This document shows positions 15,206-29,849 of a DNA stretch of 64,000 nucleotides, one piece after another. Below the pieces are notes generated by a model, which worked only from the letters and a program-made list of their open reading frames with translations, did no database searches and had not been told where the DNA came from. Location: contig OZ024741.1 in the NCBI GenBank assembly GCA_964016885.1, forward strand, positions 241,180,001 through 241,244,000. The letters are read 5' to 3'. Source of the stretch: Eledone cirrhosa. Its lineage: Eukaryota. Positions within the stretch are counted from its first letter, which is position 1. Each line of letters starts with the position of its first letter. The position numbers and the translations under genes were made by a program.

Positions 15206-15272
15206 GGGGGGAGGGTCATGCTGCCAATAAGAAATCTTGCAAAACAAATACAAAAAGGAAGTAAATATATTA

Positions 15273-15640
15273 GTGGTGATATATAAAGCAGAAGTGACCC
15301 TCACCAATTAGAACCACCAAATTGAAGCCCGAATTTATGTAGGAGTATCTGAGAGCTGGTTCAATTGCTGTTTCCTCAACCACGAAACAATCTTTAGGCA
15401 TCCTGACAAAAACATACCACTCAGCTTGTGAACCATATGTGGAACCTCAAAGATAATGGCACAGCATTGCACATTAAATGGAGGATACTGGAAAGATCCA
15501 CCCCCAACGTCATATGGGAGAAATATTGTCAGCCTTGTAGCTCTGAGAAGTGAAATATACTCTCACAACTGTCTTCAAGGAAACGTTGCTTAAATCCGTG
15601 CAAAATTTATTTTGAAAAATGGTGTAGACCAGTTTAATTA
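15273..15640 (+). mobile_element. Penelope-like element GIY-YIG endonuclease fragment (pseudogene)
   Basis: Translates as VVIYKAEVT..*..RIYVGVSESWF..CFLNHETIFRHPDK, then after a frameshift HTTQLVNHMWNLKDNG..HIKWRILE...CQPCSSEK. This fits the PLE GIY-YIG domain pattern. Confidence 0.75.
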
Positions 15641-15970
15641 AATTAATTTTTTAAATTTTCAATTTAACCTTGGCTCCCTGTGAAACAAGTTGCCTACCTT
15701 TATTTTTTCAGAGTTATCTTTCTTTTCATTTACAATAGTTAGGGTATCTGTGTAAGCATGGGATCATTTCATGATTACCTGCCCTTAGAACTCTCCTATA
15801 CTTTCTAAAATCTCCATGGATGGAAGCCATTTTTCTTATGCCGAGCAGAATGAGTTGGGATAAACAACCTAATGAAACTGAAGTGCCTCTATATGTCACT
15901 GTTATAACTAATTGTATATGTATGTGTGTGTGTGTATATAAATATATTCATTTATTATGCCTAAATAATG

Positions 15971-16020
15971 AGTTTCGTTACTCTGGAGTTTCACATCTTA
16001 CAGGGTCATCAGGCAAGAAC
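15971..16020 (-). ncRNA. Type I hammerhead ribozyme remnant (PLE-associated)
   Basis: Minus strand gttcttgc-CTGATGA-ccctgtaagatgt-GAAA-ctc-ca-gag-T-A: core and GUA site intact, stems I and II weak. An inverted decayed sister copy lies at 16401-16447. Confidence 0.5.
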
Positions 16021-16466
16021 TAAAATTCAATAGCAGGGACAGTACAAATAAGGGAAAACTGGGGTGGGTGGGGTGGGTGGGAAGGAGATTAATTGAGGAG
16101 GGGGAATTAGTAGGAGTAAGATGGAATGAACAGGATGGTAGTGGTAGTTGGGTGAGAGAGGAGTAGAACTGTGTGAAGAAGATGATGATGATAATGGCCA
16201 TTGGCATAAAATAGGTTTTAAAGTTGGTCAGTTGAAATAGATATTTAAGATGAATTGGGTCAGTGGCAATAGGGTACAAATATGATAAGGATCTAGCAGG
16301 TAATGATGCTGAAGGTGGTTGTGTAGGTGGGGCAGTGAAGAAGAAGAAAACAATGGTGGAGTTGACAGGATATTTATAAATATATATATATATACATATA
16401 TGATAATCCTGTGATAAACAGTTGAAGCTCTACAGTAACAAGACTCACTATCTAGCCTTTATAAAA

Positions 16467-16501
<35 letters not shown>

Positions 16502-18423
16502 TAGAGTGTGGTAAAAACTAACTAGACCATTACCCACCAGAGTACTCAAATACTGGCGCTTTAGTTCGGATCTAGCTGTTGAAACAGCCGGAGCTCAGCT
16601 GTCGGGTCCTGAATCTTTTCATATCTCTATATATATATATATAAAATTTTAAAAGGTTATAAATTAAATATATATATATATATATATGTGTTTATGTGTG
16701 TGCGTATTTATATGCATATATGTAGTAGTCTGTATGTGTCTATGTATATGTATGTATATGAAATAAGCTGTATTAGAGCAGTTTACCTTGTAGAGTTATG
16801 TATATATATATATGTGTGTGTGTGCGTATGTGTATAAAATTTTTGGTGTCATACTGTCTATTGTACAACCAGAGTTTTAAAGATTGATGAATTTATTATA
16901 AATTCTTCAAATGTTATTTCAGCATCTCAATTTGAATATTTATAACAGAAAACCATTGATTAGTTTGATCCAATTAATGCTTATAGTATATCAATTGGTA
17001 ACAAACCTTTGTGATGATGATGATGGTGATGTTGGTGGTTGTGGTAATGGTGATTATTAGGGTCATGGTGGTGTTAATGTTGCTGTTGATATTTAGCCCT
17101 AGGTCAGGCCACAGCAAGTAGACCCATGATCAAAGACATTCCAGCCATGATCACCATGTCTATTTTTCTGTATCTAGGATATTATACATTGTGTATAATA
17201 ATTAGATATTAATGTAATTATTTTTACATTTGTATAGCTTTTGGTTAAATCGTGTACTGTTTCTACACAAACATGTATTTATTGTATAATTCAACTGATT
17301 AGCACACAATCTAATATCTAATTGAATTAACTACCAGTGGAAGCACTAATATTGTTAAACAAACCGAAGTTTCTGATGTGCTCATACTACTATAGATAGC
17401 AAATTAGCGGAATCATTAGAATATCTGATAGAATGCTTTCTGGTATTCATTCCTGCACTCTGAGTTCAAGTCCCACCAAGGTCAAATGTGTCTTTCATCA
17501 TTTTGAAGTCAATAAAAAAGTACCAGTCCAGTAATGGGTTAATTCTTCCTCTATATCTCTTTCTTACTTCCTCTCTATCACTCCCTCTCTGGCTTTCTGT
17601 ATCTTTCTATCCTTCTCTGTCTCTGGAAAAATATCAGCTGTGTTCAGACCTGGAGAGGTGATGAGCTCTGCCAGGTTTAAAAAATGCGCAAGACATACAT
17701 GTTGTATTTCGTTACTGTACCCTTACATCTCCATCAAGAGTTATGGGTCCATACATACATAGACTACCATATTTGATTGGTTTATAAAGCCATTAGCTGT
17801 GTATTTTTCCATAGACTGGAAGATATATACATGGTCCATGGAGGATAACACCAATTTAAATTATTTTGGTTATATCTTCTACTGTTTCTGCACAGGTATG
17901 TATTTATTCTACATAATGTCCATTTTAAACCTTTCATTACCATATTTCTAATGAAGGAAACTGTCTTTGTGCTTCGGTAAAGTTTGAAAATAATCAAATA
18001 TTTGAAGAAATTTAATAAAATAATTAGCTCTTTCTTTAGTAAGTTGATATTCAAAACATTATTTAACAAACAATCCTTAAATTAAATTATGATGGAAGGG
18101 TTTAATATAAGTATAATCATTTTAAAATTAGCAGTTTTGTATCATAAATCCAAAATGGTTTCAGGTGGTTTGGAATCAAATGTAGGGGTATGATTTGAGG
18201 GAGATTTAGATTATATTTCGAACATAGCATACTGTTTGACAAAAGAAGGAATAACAGGACCTTCAAGACCTAGTGAAAGGGAGGAAGGTACTGTAAAATT
18301 GGAAACAAGGTCCAAATGCTTGCTACAGAGTAGACTCTGCTAAAAGCACCAAAGGGCCATATGGTGGTGTTAAAGCAGACAGAATATTAAATCTTCTACC
18401 CAAGAATGTTTCAGTGGGATTTT

Positions 18424-18915
18424 ATAACAACTGATGCAGGTAGTTTGTTCCATGCTTCAGCAACTCTGAGGGTGAAAAAATGTTTCCGAAAGTCAAGAGG
18501 TTGTGCTGTTTTCTGATTTTGAAAGCATGTCCATGGGTGTTAGACACATATAATTCAAAAGGGTACTCAGGGTTGTTGTTGGAGAGATGGTTAATAATCT
18601 TGTGGGTATCTACTAAGTCAGTTGCCAGACGTCGGAGCTTTAATGTATCTATGTTCGGGGAAGCAAGGCATTCTGAGTATGTTAGATGCTTAATGGAGGG
18701 TATTTGTTTGGTTGCATGTCTCTGAACAGTTTCCAAGAGATCAATATTCTGAGTAAGATAGGAGTTCCAGACAGGTGATACAAATTCTAAGTGTGTGCTC
18801 ACCATAGCTATATACAGCTTTAAATATATAGCTGAAGATCAGCAAGAAAGGTCTTACTGAGTGATGTTAAGACACCTCAGTCTTCTTGACAATTTTAGAG
18901 ACGTGCTTTGTCCAA
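18424..18915 (-). mobile_element. CR1-like LINE 3' fragment
   Basis: HLEFVSPVWNSYLTQNIDLLETVQRHATKQIP..LKLRRLATDL..HGHAFKIRK matches the post-RT C-terminus of CR1/L2-group ORF2. Confidence 0.85.
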
Positions 18916-19509
18916 CGCAAATTTTAACTCAGAACTATGAGAGATGAAACAAATACCACTTGGCATCACGGCCAGTGTAATAATGAAATGTAGAGTCGAC
19001 TGTTGCAGGATTTGAACTCAGTCCACAAAGATCCAGAACATAAGACATTTTGATCTATGCTTTAAAAATTCTGTTAATTTGCTGCCTATACATTTGTCAA
19101 CTTATGGTAGCAGTAGTGGTTGTGGTGGAGAGTGAGAATTTGTTGTTGAAATTATTGGAACCTATTTGTCCTTATGTTTCAAATCCATTTCCTACAGTTG
19201 TGTTAAGGAAGTTACTTCCTGCTGTCCATCAGGTAAAAATCACATGAAAAAATAAAAATTATATTGATGGACTGGCAGGAGCATCCATTTGTTTAAGTGG
19301 TCCTTCATCCATGCTAAAAATATTATCCTGCCTGCCATAATCAACAGATCTACTTACTTAAATGATTCACATTTAAAATATAGTTGAGATGTATATATAT
19401 ATATGTGCATGTGTGCATATGTGTGTATATGTATGTATATCTATGTATATATCTATGTGTATATATATGTGTGTATATATATGTGTATATACATATGTAA
19501 ATATATATG

Positions 19510-20095
<586 letters not shown>

Positions 20096-20456
20096 TATAT
20101 ACATATACACACACACAGTCACATATGTAAGAGGACTGTCATACTATTATAATGATGATAAATGATAATGTGGTTATCTTATGGCAATCTACAGGGGTCT
20201 CAACCTGAGTGTTTTGCAAAGGGTTTCATTAATGTTTCGAGATAATGCCTGGAAAGTTCTGTTTTCAATCAAACGATTTCATCTATTTAAACACAAATGA
20301 ATAAAGGAAGCTATAAAACTGTCATGGAACCATGGTGTGTGTGAGGAGTGAAAAGAGATAGACCACATAGTGAGGTAATGTTTTAATGCCATCACACACA
20401 CACATAAATAAACATTAACAATACTTAACAGATATATTATATATACAAATATATAA

Positions 20457-20522
<66 letters not shown>

Positions 20523-21717
20523 TTTTCTATATATCTACTCAAAACAACCATTATACATTCTAATTTTTATATCACTGGGTTCTGTCCCCTATGTCTAACC
20601 CCCCTTCCATACACATACACTCACTCACCCTACCACACATCCATACTTTCTCAATGGCCTCTCTCTCTCTATCTACATTTTTATTTCTGTTCTGTACCTT
20701 ATTTCTATACCTGCCACACACACATACACACATATATAAACCATACTTTCTCACTCTCTCTCCTGCTGTCTATCAGACTCTACCAACCACCCAAGGGAAT
20801 ATTTATCTCCCCTGACAACTGCTGTTTCCAATACATGACATTTCTCATTTGATGCTAATACAGCATGTTATTGTTGTTGATGTTGTGTTGTTTGTTGTTA
20901 TTCTGTGAGAACATGCTAAAACACAAACAGAAATAAATAATATATATAAAATAACTATAGACAATAAGACATGACAGGGAGGTGGTTGTACTGGTGGTGG
21001 TAAGGGGAAGAATAAAATAACAGAAATAATTGAAAGATGTCTGACCAATCATAGAATTAATTTCTACAAATGTATCTCTAAAATAACAACCATAATATAT
21101 ATACAACAATAATTATACAAAAAAACAACAAACTGTTATTTTTCACTTTTATTGATTCAATAGTTTATATTTTATATGTAACATAAATATACATATATAT
21201 ACATATATATATACATATATAAATATAACATATATATATATATATATATTTATGATTATGATTTTTTAAAATATATTTATGTACATATATATATTTATTT
21301 ATATTTATGTATATATATATATATATATATATATAAATATACACAATATTTATTTATATATATATATGTGTATATTTATAAATATATATATATCTTCTCA
21401 AAAAATACCTATATATGTATGTACATGTGTATTATGTACATACATATATATATATGTGTGTATGTATATATATATATATACACATACATATATATATATA
21501 TATACACTCAATTACCAGTCCATCTGTGTGTTACAATACACAGTTGTATCTTTAACATTTTATATCTTTTCAATTAATAGACAGTAAAACAAACTCAGAC
21601 CCACACCCATTCTTTCTCTCCTCTCCTCCATCCCACTTTTCCTCCTCACACCACCATTTTCCTCTGGAACCATTTTCGAAGTTTAAACAATCATTAATCA
21701 CTCCCCCCCCCCCCCAC

Positions 21718-21794
<77 letters not shown>

Positions 21795-22248
21795 TTTGGT
21801 CAGTTTTTTTAATTTATTATAAACATAATTGTTATATATATATATCTATATATATATATAACATCATATATATATGTGTGTGTATATATATGTATGTATA
21901 TATGTATATATATGTGTGTGTATATATATGTATGTATATATGTATATATGTATATATATATATATATGTGTGTGTCTGCGTGTGTGTATATATATATGTA
22001 TGAATGTATGCATATATATATATATATGTGTGAATGTATGCATATATGAATGTATGCATATATGAATGTATGCATATATATATATATGTATGAATGTATA
22101 TATATATATGTGTGAATGTATGTATATGTATGTATGTTCGTATGAATGGATATGTTTTTTGATGCACTTTGAAAATATCAATTCTATGATTGTGTGAGCG
22201 AATTTCAGCATTATGTGTGTATGTATGTATGTATCTATGCATGCATGC

Positions 22249-22363
<115 letters not shown>

Positions 22364-22869
22364 TGTGTGAGTGTGCGTGTGTGCGCATGTTAGTGTGTAT
22401 ATATCTTTGCTGAATATAATAAATATAATCCACATTTACAAATTTTTATCATTAAATGTTAAACAATGAAAAATAGTTATTATTTATATGAAGTTGTTGT
22501 TGCTGTTGTTGCTGCCATAGTGGTGGTTGTACACGGAGTTGGCTTTAACTAGGTGTGTTGGTGTTGTAGCTGATGTTGTAGTGAGGGTTATAGTTGGTGT
22601 GGTGGCAGTTGTTGTAGTGGTGATTGTTGGTGTGGTTGTGGTCATTGTTGTTGCAATTATTATTGTTATTGTATTTGTTGTGGTGGCAGTTGTGGTGGTG
22701 GTCATTTTGATGGTCCTAGTTGTTGTGGTTGTTGAAGTGTTGGTTGGGTTGTAGTTGTTGTTGTTGTGGTGGTAGTAGTTGTGATGGTGGTTGTTGTAAT
22801 GATATTTCTAATTATTGTAGTGGTGTTGATTGTCATGATGGCTGTAGTTGTAGCTGTTATTATGGTGAT

Positions 22870-25800
22870 GGTTGTTGTAATTATGGCTGTAGTTGTTGTG
22901 GTGTTAGTTGTTGTAGTGATGGTTGTAGTTGTTGTGGTGTTAGTTGTAGTTGTTGTGGTGTTAGTTGTTGTAGTGATGGCTGTAGTTGTAGTTGTTATTA
23001 TGGTGATGGTTGTTGTTGTTGTGGTGTTAGTTGTTGTAGTGATGGCTGTAGTTGTTGTGTTATTAAGGTGATGGTTGTTGTTGTTGTGGTGTTGGTTGTT
23101 GTAGTGATGGTTGTAGTTGTTGTGGTGTTAGTTGTTGTAGTGATGTCTGTAGTTGTTGTGGTGTTAGTTGTTGTAGTGATGGTTGTAGTTGTTGTGGTGT
23201 TAGTTGTTGTAGTGATGTCTGTAGTTGTTGTTGTGTTGGTTGTTGTAGTGATGGCTGTAGTTGTTGTGGTGTTAGTTGTTGTAGTCATGGCTGTAGTTGT
23301 TGTGGTGTTAGTTGTTGTAGTGATGGTTGTAGTTGTTGTGGTGTTAGTTGTTGTAGTGATGGCTGTAGTTGTTGTGGTGTTAGTTGTTGTAGTGATGGTT
23401 GTAGTTGTTGTGGTGTTAGTTGTTGTAGTGATGGCTGTAGTTGTTGTGGTGTTAGTTGTTGTAGTGATGGTTGTAGTTGTTGTGGTGTTAGTTGTTGTAG
23501 TGATGGCTGTAGTTGTTGTGTTGGTTGTTGTAGTGATGGCTGTAGTGGTTGTGGTGTTGGTTGTTGTAGTGATGGCTGTAGTGGTTGTGGTGTTAGTTGT
23601 TGTAGTGATGGCTGTAGTTGTTGTGGTGTTGGTTGTAGTAGTGATGGCTGTAGTTGTGGTGGTGTTAGTTGTTGTAGTGATGGCTGTAGTTGTTGTGGTG
23701 TTAGTTGTTGTAGTGATGGCTGTAGTTGTTGTGGTGTTGGTTTTGTAGTGATGGTTGTAGTTGTTGTGGTGTTAGTTGTTGTTGTGGTGTTAGTTGTTGT
23801 AGTGATGGCTGTAGTTGTTGTGGTGTTGGTTTTGTAGTGATGGCTGTAGTTGTTGTGGTGTTGGTTGTTGTAGTGATGTCTGTAGTTGTTGTGGTGTTAG
23901 TTGTTGTTGTGGTGTTAGTTGTTGTTGTGGTGGTTGTGGTGTTAGTCGTTGTAGTGATGGCTGTAGTTGTTGTGGTGTTAGTTGTTTTAGTGATGGCTGT
24001 AGTTGTTGTGGTGTTGGTTGTTGTAGTGATGTCTGTAGTTGTTGTGGTGTTGGTTGTTGTAGTGATGGTTGTAGTTGTTGTGGTGTTAGTTGTTGTAGTG
24101 ATGTCTGTAGTTGTTGTTGTGTTGGTTGTTGTAGTGATGGCTGTAGTTGTTGTGGTGTTAGTTGTTGTAGTGATGGCTGTAGTTGTTGTGGTGTTAGTTG
24201 TTGTAGTGATGGTTGTAGTTGTTGTGGTGTTAGTTGTTGTAGTGATGGCTGTAGTTGTTGTGGTGTTAGTTGTTGTAGTGATGGTTGTAGTTGTTGTGGT
24301 GATAGTTGTTGTAGTGATGGCTGTAGTTGTTGTGGTGTTAGTTGTTGTAGTGATGGTTGTAGTTGTTGTGGTGTTAGTTGTTGTAGTGATGGCTGTAGTT
24401 GTTGTGTTGGTTGTTGTAGTGATGGCTGTAGTGGTTGTGGTGTTGGTTGTTGTAGTGATGGCTGTAGTGGTTGTGGTGTTAGTTGTTGTAGTGATGGCTG
24501 TAGTTGTTGTGGTGTTAGTTGTTGTAGTGATGGCTGTAGTTGTTGTGGTGTTGGTTGTAGTAGTGATGGCTGTAGTTGTGGTGGTGTTAGTTGTTGTAGT
24601 GATGGCTGTAGTTGTTGTGGTGTTAGTTGTTGTAGTGATGGCTGTAGTTGTTGTGGTGTTGGTTTTGTAGTGATGGTTGTAGTTGTTGTGGTGTTAGTTG
24701 TTGTAGTGATGGCTGTAGTGGTTGTGGTGTTAGTTGTTGTAGTGATGTCTCTAGTTGTTGTGGTGTTGGTTGTTGTAGTGATGGTTGTAGTTGTTGTGGT
24801 GTTGGTTGTTGTAGTGATGGTTGTAGTTGTTGTGGTGTTAGTTGTTGTAGTGATGGCTGTAGTTGTTGTGGTGTTAGTTGTTGTAGTGATGGCTGTAGTT
24901 GTTGTGGTGTTAGTTGTTGTAGTGATGTCTGTAGTTGTTGTGGTGTTAGTTGTTGTAGTGATGGTTGTAGTTGTTGTGGTGTTAGTTGTTGTAGTGATGG
25001 CTGTAGTTGTTGTGGTGTTGGTTGTTGTAGTGATGGTTGTAGTTGTTGTGGTGTTGGTTGTTGTAGTGATGGTTGTAGTTGTTGTGGTGTTAGTTGTTGT
25101 AGTGATGTCTGTAGTTGTTGTGGTGTTGGTTGTTGTAGTGATGGCTGTAGTTGTTGTGGTGTTAGTTGTTGTAGTGATGGCTGTAGTTGTTGTTGTGTTA
25201 GTTGTTGTAGTGATGGTTGTAGTTGTTGTGGTGTTAGTTGTTGTAGTGATGGCTGTAGTTGTTGTGGTGTTGGTTGTTGTAGTGATGGTTGTAGTTGTTG
25301 TGGTGTTAGTTGTTTTAGTGATGGCTGTAGTTGTTGTGGTGTTAGTTGTTGTAGTGATGGCTGTAGTTGTTGTGGTGTTAGTTGTTGTAGTGATGGCTGT
25401 AGTTGTTGTTGTGTTAGTTGTTGTAGTGATGGTTGTAGTTGTTGTGGTGTTAGTTGTTGTAGTGATGGCTGTAGTTGTTGTGGTGTTGGTTGTTGTAGTG
25501 ATGGTTGTAGTTGTTGTGGTGTTAGTTGTTTTAGTGATGGCTGTAGTTGTTGTGGTGTTAGTTGTTGTAGTGATGGCTGTAGTTGTTGTGGTGTTAGTTG
25601 TTGTAGTGATGTCTGTAGTTGTTGTGGTGTTAGTTGTTGTAGTGATGGCTGTAGTTGTTGTGGTGTTAGTTGTTGTAGTGATGGCTGTAGTTGTTGTGGT
25701 GTTAGTTGTTGTAGTGATGTCTGTAGTTGTTGTGGTGTTAGTTGTTGTAGTGATGGCTGTAGTGGTTGTGGTGTTAGTTGTTGTAGTGATGGCTGTAGTT

Positions 25801-28720
25801 GTTGTGGTGTTGGTTTTTGTAGTGATGGCTGTAGTTGTTGTGGTGTTAGTTGTTGTAGTGATGGCTGTATTTGTTGTGGTGTTAGTTGTTGTAGTGATCG
25901 TTGTAGTTGTTGTGGTGTTGGTTGTTGTAGTGATGGTTGTAGTTGTTGTGGTGTTAGTTGTTGTAGTGATGGCTGTAGTTGTTGTGTTAGTTGTTGTTGT
26001 GATGGTTGTAGTTGTTGTGGTGTTAGTTGTTGTAGTGATGGCTGTAGTTGTTGTGGTGTTGGTTGTTGTAGTGATGGTTGTAGTTGCTGTGGTGTCAGTT
26101 GTTGTAGTGATGGCTGTAGTTGTTGTGGTGTTGGTTGTTGTAGTGATGGTTGTAGTTGTTGTGTTGTTAGTTGTTTTAGTGATGGCTGTAGTTGTTGTGG
26201 TGTTAGTTGTTGTAGTGATGGCTGTAGTTGTTGTGGTGTTAGTTGTTGTAGTGATGGCTGTAGTTGTTGTGGTGTTAGTTGTTGTAGTGATGGCTGTAGT
26301 TGTTGTGGTGTTAGTTGTTGTAGTGATCGTTGTAGTTGTTGTGGTGTTGGTTGTTGTAGTGATGGTTGTAGTTGTTGTGGTGTTAGTTGTTGTAGTGATG
26401 GCTGTAGTGGTTGTGTTAGTTGTTGTAGTGATGGCTGTAGTTGTTGTGGTGTTGGTTGTTGTAGTGATGGTTGTAGTTGTTGTGTTGTTAGTTGTTTTAG
26501 TGATGGCTGTAGTTGTTGTGGTGTTAGTTGTTGTAGTGATGGCTGTAGTTGTTGTGGTGTTGGTTGTTGTAGTGATGGTTGTAGTTGTTGTGGTGTTAGT
26601 TGTTGTAGTGATGGTTGTAGTTGTTGTGTTAGTTGTTGTAGTGATGGCTGTAGTTGTTGTGGTGTTGGTTGTTGTAGTGATGGTTGTAGTTGTTGTGTTG
26701 TTAGTTGTTTTAGTGATGGCTGTAGTTGTTGTGGTGTTAGTTGTTGTAGTGATGGCTGTAGTTGTTGTGGTGTTAGTTGTTGTAGTGATGGCTGTAGTTG
26801 TTGTAGTGCTGGCTGTAGTTGTTGTAGTGATGGTTGTAGTTGTTGTGGTGTTAGTTGTTGTAGTGATGGCTGTAGTTGTTGTGGTGTTGGTTGTTGTAAT
26901 TATGGCTGTAGTGGTTGTGGTGTTAGTTGTTGTAGTGATGGCTGTAGTTGTTGTGGTGTTGGTTTTTGTAGTGATGGCTGTAGTTGTTGTGGTGTTAGTT
27001 GTTGTAGTGATGGCTGTATTTGTTGTGGTGTTAGTTGTTGTAGTGATCGTTGTAGTTGTTGTGGTGTTGGTTGTTGTAGTGATGGTTGTAGTTGTTGTGG
27101 TGTTAGTTGTTGTAGTGATGGCTGTAGTTGTTGTGTTAGTTGTTGTTGTGATGGTTGTAGTTGTTGTGGTGTTAGTTGTTGTAGTGATGGCTGTAGTTGT
27201 TGTGGTGTTGGTTGTTGTAGTGATGGTTGTAGTTGCTGTGGTGTCAGTTGTTGTAGTGATGGCTGTAGTTGTTGTGGTGTTGGTTGTTGTAGTGATGGTT
27301 GTAGTTGTTGTGTTGTTAGTTGTTTTAGTGATGGCTGTAGTTGTTGTGGTGTTAGTTGTTGTAGTGATGGCTGTAGTTGTTGTGGTGTTAGTTGTTGTAG
27401 TGATGGCTGTAGTTGTTGTGGTGTTAGTTGTTGTAGTGATGGCTGTAGTTGTTGTGGTGTTAGTTGTTGTAGTGATCGTTGTAGTTGTTGTGGTGTTGGT
27501 TGTTGTAGTGATGGTTGTAGTTGTTGTGGTGTTAGTTGTTGTAGTGATGGCTGTAGTGGTTGTGTTAGTTGTTGTAGTGATGGCTGTAGTTGTTGTGGTG
27601 TTGGTTGTTGTAGTGATGGTTGTAGTTGTTGTGTTGTTAGTTGTTTTAGTGATGGCTGTAGTTGTTGTGGTGTTAGTTGTTGTAGTGATGGCTGTAGTTG
27701 TTGTGGTGTTGGTTGTTGTAGTGATGGTTGTAGTTGTTGTGGTGTTAGTTGTTGTAGTGATGGTTGTAGTTGTTGTGTTAGTTGTTGTAGTGATGGCTGT
27801 AGTTGTTGTGGTGTTGGTTGTTGTAGTGATGGTTGTAGTTGTTGTGTTGTTAGTTGTTTTAGTGATGGCTGTAGTTGTTGTGGTGTTAGTTGTTGTAGTG
27901 ATGGCTGTAGTTGTTGTGGTGTTAGTTGTTGTAGTGATGGCTGTAGTTGTTGTAGTGCTGGCTGTAGTTGTTGTAGTGATGGTTGTAGTTGTTGTGGTGT
28001 TAGTTGTTGTAGTGATGGCTGTAGTTGTTGTGGTGTTGGTTGTTGTAATTATGGCTGTAGTTGTTGTGGTGTTGGTTGTTGTAATTATGGCTGTAGTTGT
28101 TGTGGTGTTAGTTGTTGTAGTGATGGCTGTAGTTGTTGTGGTGTTAGTTGTTGTAGTGATGGCTGTAGTTGCTGTGGTGTTGGTTGTTGTAGTGATGGCT
28201 GTAGTTGTTGTGGTGTTGGTTGTTGTAGTGATGGTTGTAGTTGTTGTGGTGTTAGTTGTTGTAGTGATGGCTGTAGTTGTTGTGGTGTTGGTTGTTGTAA
28301 TTATGGCTGTAGTTGTTGTGGTGTTGGTTGTTGTAATTATGGCTGTAGTTGTTGTGGTGTTAGTTGTTGTAGTGATGGCTGTAGTTGTTGTGGTGTTAGT
28401 TGTTGTAGTGATGGCTGTAGTTGCTGTGGTGTTGGTTGTTGTAGTGATGGCTGTAGTTGTTGTGGTGTTGGTTGTTGTAGTGATGGTTGTAGTTGTTGTG
28501 GTGTTAGTTGTTGTAGTGATGGCTGTAGTTGTTGTGGTGTTGGTTGTTGTAATTATGGCTGTAGTTGTTGTGGTGTTGGTTGTTGTAATTATGGCTGTAG
28601 TTGTTGTGGTGTTAGTTGTTGTAGTGATGGCTGTAGTTGTTGTGGTGTTAGTTGTTGTAGTGATGGCTGTAGTTGCTGTGGTGTTGGTTGTTGTAGTGAT
28701 GGCTGTAGTTGTTGTTGCAG
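22870..28720. repeat. 36-bp minisatellite, about 160 copies, with higher-order structure
   Basis: Unit GTAGTTGTTGTGGTGTTAGTTGTTGTAGTGATGGCT. Variant markers recur at 1149-bp and 252-bp spacing. Confidence 0.97.
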
Positions 28721-29209
28721 TGTTGTCTTATTGAAGTTGTTGCTTAATTAAATTGTTATTTAGTGCCAGATCAACCCTTATTAATCTGACCTACCATCAA
28801 AGACATCCCAGCTATGCCCCACCCGTAATTAAAGTGGTATCTAGGACTACATTATCTGATATTTTTTTGTTTATTTAAAATAGCAGAGGTGTGTGTGTGT
28901 GATTCCTTTGCTTCTATAGTTGTTGTTGTTGATGTTGTTGTAGTAGTCACCACCACCACTACTACTGCTACTACTACTGCTTTTGTCCTGAGTAGAGAGA
29001 TACAGTGTGTCAGCTCTGTGTGTGATGACCATCGTTACCTTAGTTACCAGTTGCCTTCTGTCTCATATTGTTTAGTCCAGTTCCTTGTATTCAGACAGGA
29101 GGGGTTGATAGCACTGGTGGTTATGATGGTGGTAGTGGTGGTGGTAGTGGTGGTACTTTCACTGTAGTCTCTCTCTCCCTCTCCATTGCTCCTCATCCCC
29201 AACTAGTAT

Positions 29210-29265
29210 CTAGTACTGACCTCTGTGGGGGCCTGAGGACATGTTTTGTCTGTAATTATGTAGGG
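29210..29265 (-). CDS. PCDH: Protocadherin cytoplasmic exon 3 (ALHNYRQNMSSGPHR, then GQY* or spliced at 29221)
   Basis: Strong acceptor ctctttttcatttcAG (29266-29267), open in phase 1 as exon 2 requires. An internal donor AGAG|GTCAGT at 29221 gives a 45-nt phase 1-1 exon; otherwise the frame stops at TAG 29210-29212. Confidence 0.6.
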
Positions 29266-29297
29266 CTGAAATGAAAAAGAGAGTATCAATTGAGACA

Positions 29298-29369
29298 ATC
29301 ATCATCATCATCATCATCATAACCACCATCATCATAACCATCATCATCATCATCATCATCATAATAACT

Positions 29370-29416
<47 letters not shown>

Positions 29417-29419
29417 AAC

Positions 29420-29452
<33 letters not shown>

Positions 29453-29483
29453 AATAATAATAACCATCAACATCATCATAACT

Positions 29484-29515
<32 letters not shown>

Positions 29516-29808
29516 AACCATCATTATCATCATTATCATCATCGTCATAGCCATCATCATGACCGTCATCATCATCATAACCATCGTCATAACTATTGTC
29601 ATCATCACCATCGTCATCATCATCATAATCATCATCATCATCATAATCATTATCATCAACCTCATAATCATTATCATCATCATCATCACCAATATCATCA
29701 TCACCGATATCATCATCACCAACATCATCCTCATCATCATCATCATCATCATTATAACCATCATTATCATTATCATCATCATTATCATCAGCATCATCCT
29801 CATCATCA
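29298..29808. repeat. (ATC)n trinucleotide tract
   Basis: About 500 bp imperfect ATC/ATA/ACC array just upstream (in transcript orientation) of the exon 3 acceptor. Confidence 0.95.
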
Positions 29809-29849
29809 TACAAAAGAAAACAAACAAGAAAAGGAAAGTATTTCTCATC

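Noticed and set aside
22720-28751. Cys-rich (metallothionein or keratin-associated-like) and poly-Val ORFs
   Set aside because: 36-bp array; frames switch freely at indels (for example near 23745 and 24665), which is inconsistent with coding constraint.
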